From Nannocystales bacterium (GTDB lineage: Bacteria; Myxococcota_A; Polyangia; Nannocystales; Nannocystaceae), in the NCBI GenBank assembly GCA_050633305.1, contig JBOEGF010000026.1, positions 20,600-84,599 on the forward strand: a stretch of DNA of 64,000 nt, written 5' to 3'. The translations under genes were made by a program, and so were the position numbers. Of the stretch, positions 61,369-64,000 are shown piece by piece. Each line of letters begins with the position of its first letter. Position 1 is the stretch's first letter. A model generated the notes under the pieces. That model made no database searches, was not told the DNA's origin, and saw only the letters and a program-made list of their open reading frames with translations.

Positions 61369-61448
61369 ACCATCCAGTCGAGCGGCGGACCGAGTTCACG
61401 ACGCTTCACCCTAGAGGGGGTGGGGCGCGTTCCAATACGAGGTAGACG

Positions 61449-63788
61449 ATGTCCGAACTGTTTTCCGCTGTGGGTACCACCCTGACTGTCGCCGGCTACG
61501 AGGTGCGGGAGGTCGGGGAGATATCCTACGAGGAAGAGCTCAACTCGCCGTTCAAGCTCTCCGTTTTCTGCGTGCTCGAGGTTGGCCGTGATGCCGACGG
61601 GGCATCGATCAACCGTGGGCTGCGCCATCGCGAGATCCATCTGAGAATCGAGCGCAAGCGGCACGAGAGCAGCGCGCTCGAGATCCGCGGCATGGTCGCC
61701 AACGCGTTCCACGCGGATGTTCGCAAGGACGAGACCGACGACTCCCGGAGCCGAAAGGCGTTCACGCTCGAGGTTGTCCCCGCGTTCGCTCTTCTCGAGC
61801 ACCACAAGGACAAGCCGCAAGCGTGGCACAACCGCACGCACTCGTTCGTGCTGCAGCAGGTCCTCGAGGCTGAGCTGGCGGTCTACGGTCGCACGGTTCA
61901 GAACAAGGCCAAGCCGGGACCCACGATCCCGCTGATCACCCGCTCTCCAGGGGAGTCCGCGCTCGCCTTTGTGCAGCGCCTGCTCTACGAGTCCGGCATC
62001 AACAGCTTCTTCGACCACGATGCGGGGGCCAAGGAGGTCCTCGTGTTGGCGGACGACAACAGCGGCTTCAAGACGCCCAAGCTGCCGTACGAAGACCGGA
62101 TCTCGCTGACGGACTCGGAAGGCGCCGACTTCGTCCACAACGTGCGCCATTCGGCCCAATCGGGCCCAAGCAGCACGGAGTTCGGCGGATTCGACCCGGT
62201 CCAGAGCCCCAACCTCAACATCGGGCAGCTCGGGCAAGGAGATTCGACCCTCCCCGCGGGCGCCAAGGAGTTGCGGTGGACCGCGGTGCGTCACGGGGAA
62301 GACGGCAGCCCCGACAGCCCCTACAAGGCGAGCGCTGAGCGCCACGCCGAGCGGGCCGCGACGGCCCAGAACTCGTTCGAGTTCGATACCAGCATCCTTG
62401 GCGGCCTCGCTGGGCGGGTGATGCCGTTGGACCAAGGGGGGACGGATGTGGACGCGGTCGTCACGTCCGTGAAGTTCTCGTCGAAGGACGGCACCTTCAG
62501 CGCAGACACGAAGGTCGCGCCGACCCGGTCGTCCACAGGCGAGGCCGTTCAAGTCCGCGCCCCGGCCGAGCGTCCCCCCACCCAGTACAACGGGCTGTCC
62601 TTGGCCCGGGTTGCCAGCAGCGGCGCCGCCGTCGACGTCGATGGGAGGCTGTGGTGCAAGATCAAGTACGTCTGGGACACGGAGGGGAAGGACGAGCCGC
62701 AGACCCGTGCGCCCGTGATGCAACCGATGGCGGGCGCCTACGGCGGAACCCAGTGGATCCCTCGCAAAGGTGACGTCGTCATCGTCGCGTTCCTCGAGGG
62801 CAGCCGCGAAAACCCGGTGATCATCGGGTGCCAGTACGACGCCAAGCAGAGCCCACTGCACATCGGTCCCGCCGATACGCCTGGACACATGTCGTCCGAG
62901 GCCAAGTCCGGCGCGGGAACCCAGCTGCCGTCCAGCGCGAGCTGGCTCGGCTGGAGTCACAGCAGCATCGCAGGCAGCCGGCCCTCGTCCAACGCCCGCA
63001 CCATGTTCGCGATGAACGTGGCGGAGGGCTCGGAGCTCCTCTACTTGGGCGCCCCTCGCGACTACCGCGTGGACGTCACGCGCAACGCCGACTTCTGGGT
63101 CAAGGGCGAGGCGACACGAAAGGTCGAGACGGACCTCAAGGAAGAGGTCGGAGCGAACTACGAGCAGAAGGTCGGCGTAAAGAGCGACGTCGAGATTGGG
63201 GCGAACTACAACCTCAAGGTCGGAGGCAACGGCACGCTCGACCTCGGTAAGGCGGGCGGAATCACTGCGAAGAGTGCGCTCATGATGGACACGACGGGCG
63301 CCATGACGTGCACCGCCGGGTCCTTCCGGGTGGACTCCCCGAGCATTTCGTTCAGTTCCAAGCCCTCTGTGGGTGGCGGCATGGGGGCCGCAACGGGCGA
63401 ATCGGGCCTCGTACTCAAGCAGCGCACAGAGCTGTTCGCGCCCGACTCTGCAGCGCTCCTCTCGGGGCCGAGCAGCGTCGAGGCGTCACCGCGGAAGGTT
63501 TCGCTGGATAGCGCAGCGATCGAGCTTCAGAGCAGCTCGGGGTGCAGCACCAAGCTCGAGAACGGCAAGGTTGTCGTCGACGCTCCGGACGGCATCGTCC
63601 TGCGGTGCGGCGACACCGAGATCAGTTTGAGCTCCAAGGGCATCGAGATCAGCGGGGGCTCCCTCGAGATCAAGATACGCGGGGAGTCCACGGTCACCTC
63701 CGATCGCATCAAACTGGAGGGCGAGAGTCTCTCGATCGAAAACGACCAAACGCGCATCGCCGCGAAGCGTCTGGATATCTCCGACTAG
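61449..63788 (+). CDS. vgrG: T6SS spike protein VgrG (divergent)
   Basis: EELNSPF, ESALAFVQRLL.E.GI..FFDH, LVLADDN, VDVDGR, QPMAG.YG...IPR.GD.VIV.FLEG....PVIIG..Y, then beta-repeat spike. No C-terminal effector domain. Confidence 0.9.
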   Translation: MSELFSAVGTTLTVAGYEVREVGEISYEEELNSPFKLSVFCVLEVGRDADGASINRGLRHREIHLRIERKRHESSALEIRGMVANAFHADVRKDETDDSRSRKAFTLEVVPAFALLEHHKDKPQAWHNRTHSFVLQQVLEAELAVYGRTVQNKAKPGPTIPLITRSPGESALAFVQRLLYESGINSFFDHDAGAKEVLVLADDNSGFKTPKLPYEDRISLTDSEGADFVHNVRHSAQSGPSSTEFGGFDPVQSPNLNIGQLGQGDSTLPAGAKELRWTAVRHGEDGSPDSPYKASAERHAERAATAQNSFEFDTSILGGLAGRVMPLDQGGTDVDAVVTSVKFSSKDGTFSADTKVAPTRSSTGEAVQVRAPAERPPTQYNGLSLARVASSGAAVDVDGRLWCKIKYVWDTEGKDEPQTRAPVMQPMAGAYGGTQWIPRKGDVVIVAFLEGSRENPVIIGCQYDAKQSPLHIGPADTPGHMSSEAKSGAGTQLPSSASWLGWSHSSIAGSRPSSNARTMFAMNVAEGSELLYLGAPRDYRVDVTRNADFWVKGEATRKVETDLKEEVGANYEQKVGVKSDVEIGANYNLKVGGNGTLDLGKAGGITAKSALMMDTTGAMTCTAGSFRVDSPSISFSSKPSVGGGMGAATGESGLVLKQRTELFAPDSAALLSGPSSVEASPRKVSLDSAAIELQSSSGCSTKLENGKVVVDAPDGIVLRCGDTEISLSSKGIEISGGSLEIKIRGESTVTSDRIKLEGESLSIENDQTRIAAKRLDISD

Positions 63789-63863
63789 CGCGATCAACGG
63801 GGAATTCAACCGCTTGAAATCATGCGGTTTTCCCCATCTCCCCGACCCCGCGGATCGCGGCCG

Positions 63864-63923
63864 AAAAATACTTTCGCTTTTGTGTTGACCCCAGAGGCGG
63901 TCTTGAGTAAACACCCGACTCCC
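63864..63923 (+). promoter_or_regulatory. sigma70-type promoter resembling rRNA/tRNA operon promoters
   Basis: A/T-rich UP-like tract, TTGACC (63885-63890), 17-bp spacer, TAAACA (63908-63913), C-rich discriminator CCCGACTCCC. Confidence 0.55.
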
Positions 63924-64000
63924 AACGGCGACACACCGCAGGGGCCGACAAGGCCCACACCGAAGCGCTCTCGAGCAACCCGGTGAGTGAGTCGCCCGGG

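Overview
High-GC (about 67-70% by eye) bacterial DNA with hallmarks of Myxococcota, probably Nannocystaceae-like (inference from a MYXO-CTERM tail, AgmX/PglI-type C-terminal domains, ECF-kinase-TPR and DUF1592/DUF1552 modules). The first 23 kb hold a truncated VIT-VWA gene, GDPD, a pyroglutamyl-peptidase-like gene, a GH25 lysozyme, a D-TA-family PLP enzyme, an N-terminally extended ECF sigma factor, a sugar transferase, two tandem HTTM+SdpA-like membrane proteins coupled to a TPMT-like methyltransferase, and a DUF1592-DUF1552-LamG operon divergent from an ECF-STK-TPR operon. From 23.8 to 63.8 kb lies a divergent, split type VI secretion locus: tssL-M-K-tagF and tssJ-tagH on the left, tssE-F-G-B-C-A-vgrG on the right. 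No recognisable hcp, clpV or phosphatase gene is in the window. Between the two halves are four FHA proteins in total (including an FHA-CpaF pseudo-ATPase and an FHA-LysM-MepA endopeptidase), a kinase, an Rhs protein with no evident toxin tail, and a RAYT-like HUH transposase. The transposase is bracketed by inverted G-rich CCAG(A/T)CTGG repeat arrays, and a decayed copy of its 5' end lies about 1.3 kb upstream. The window ends in a sigma70 promoter resembling those of rRNA/tRNA operons. All assignments are by motif recognition only; no searches were run.
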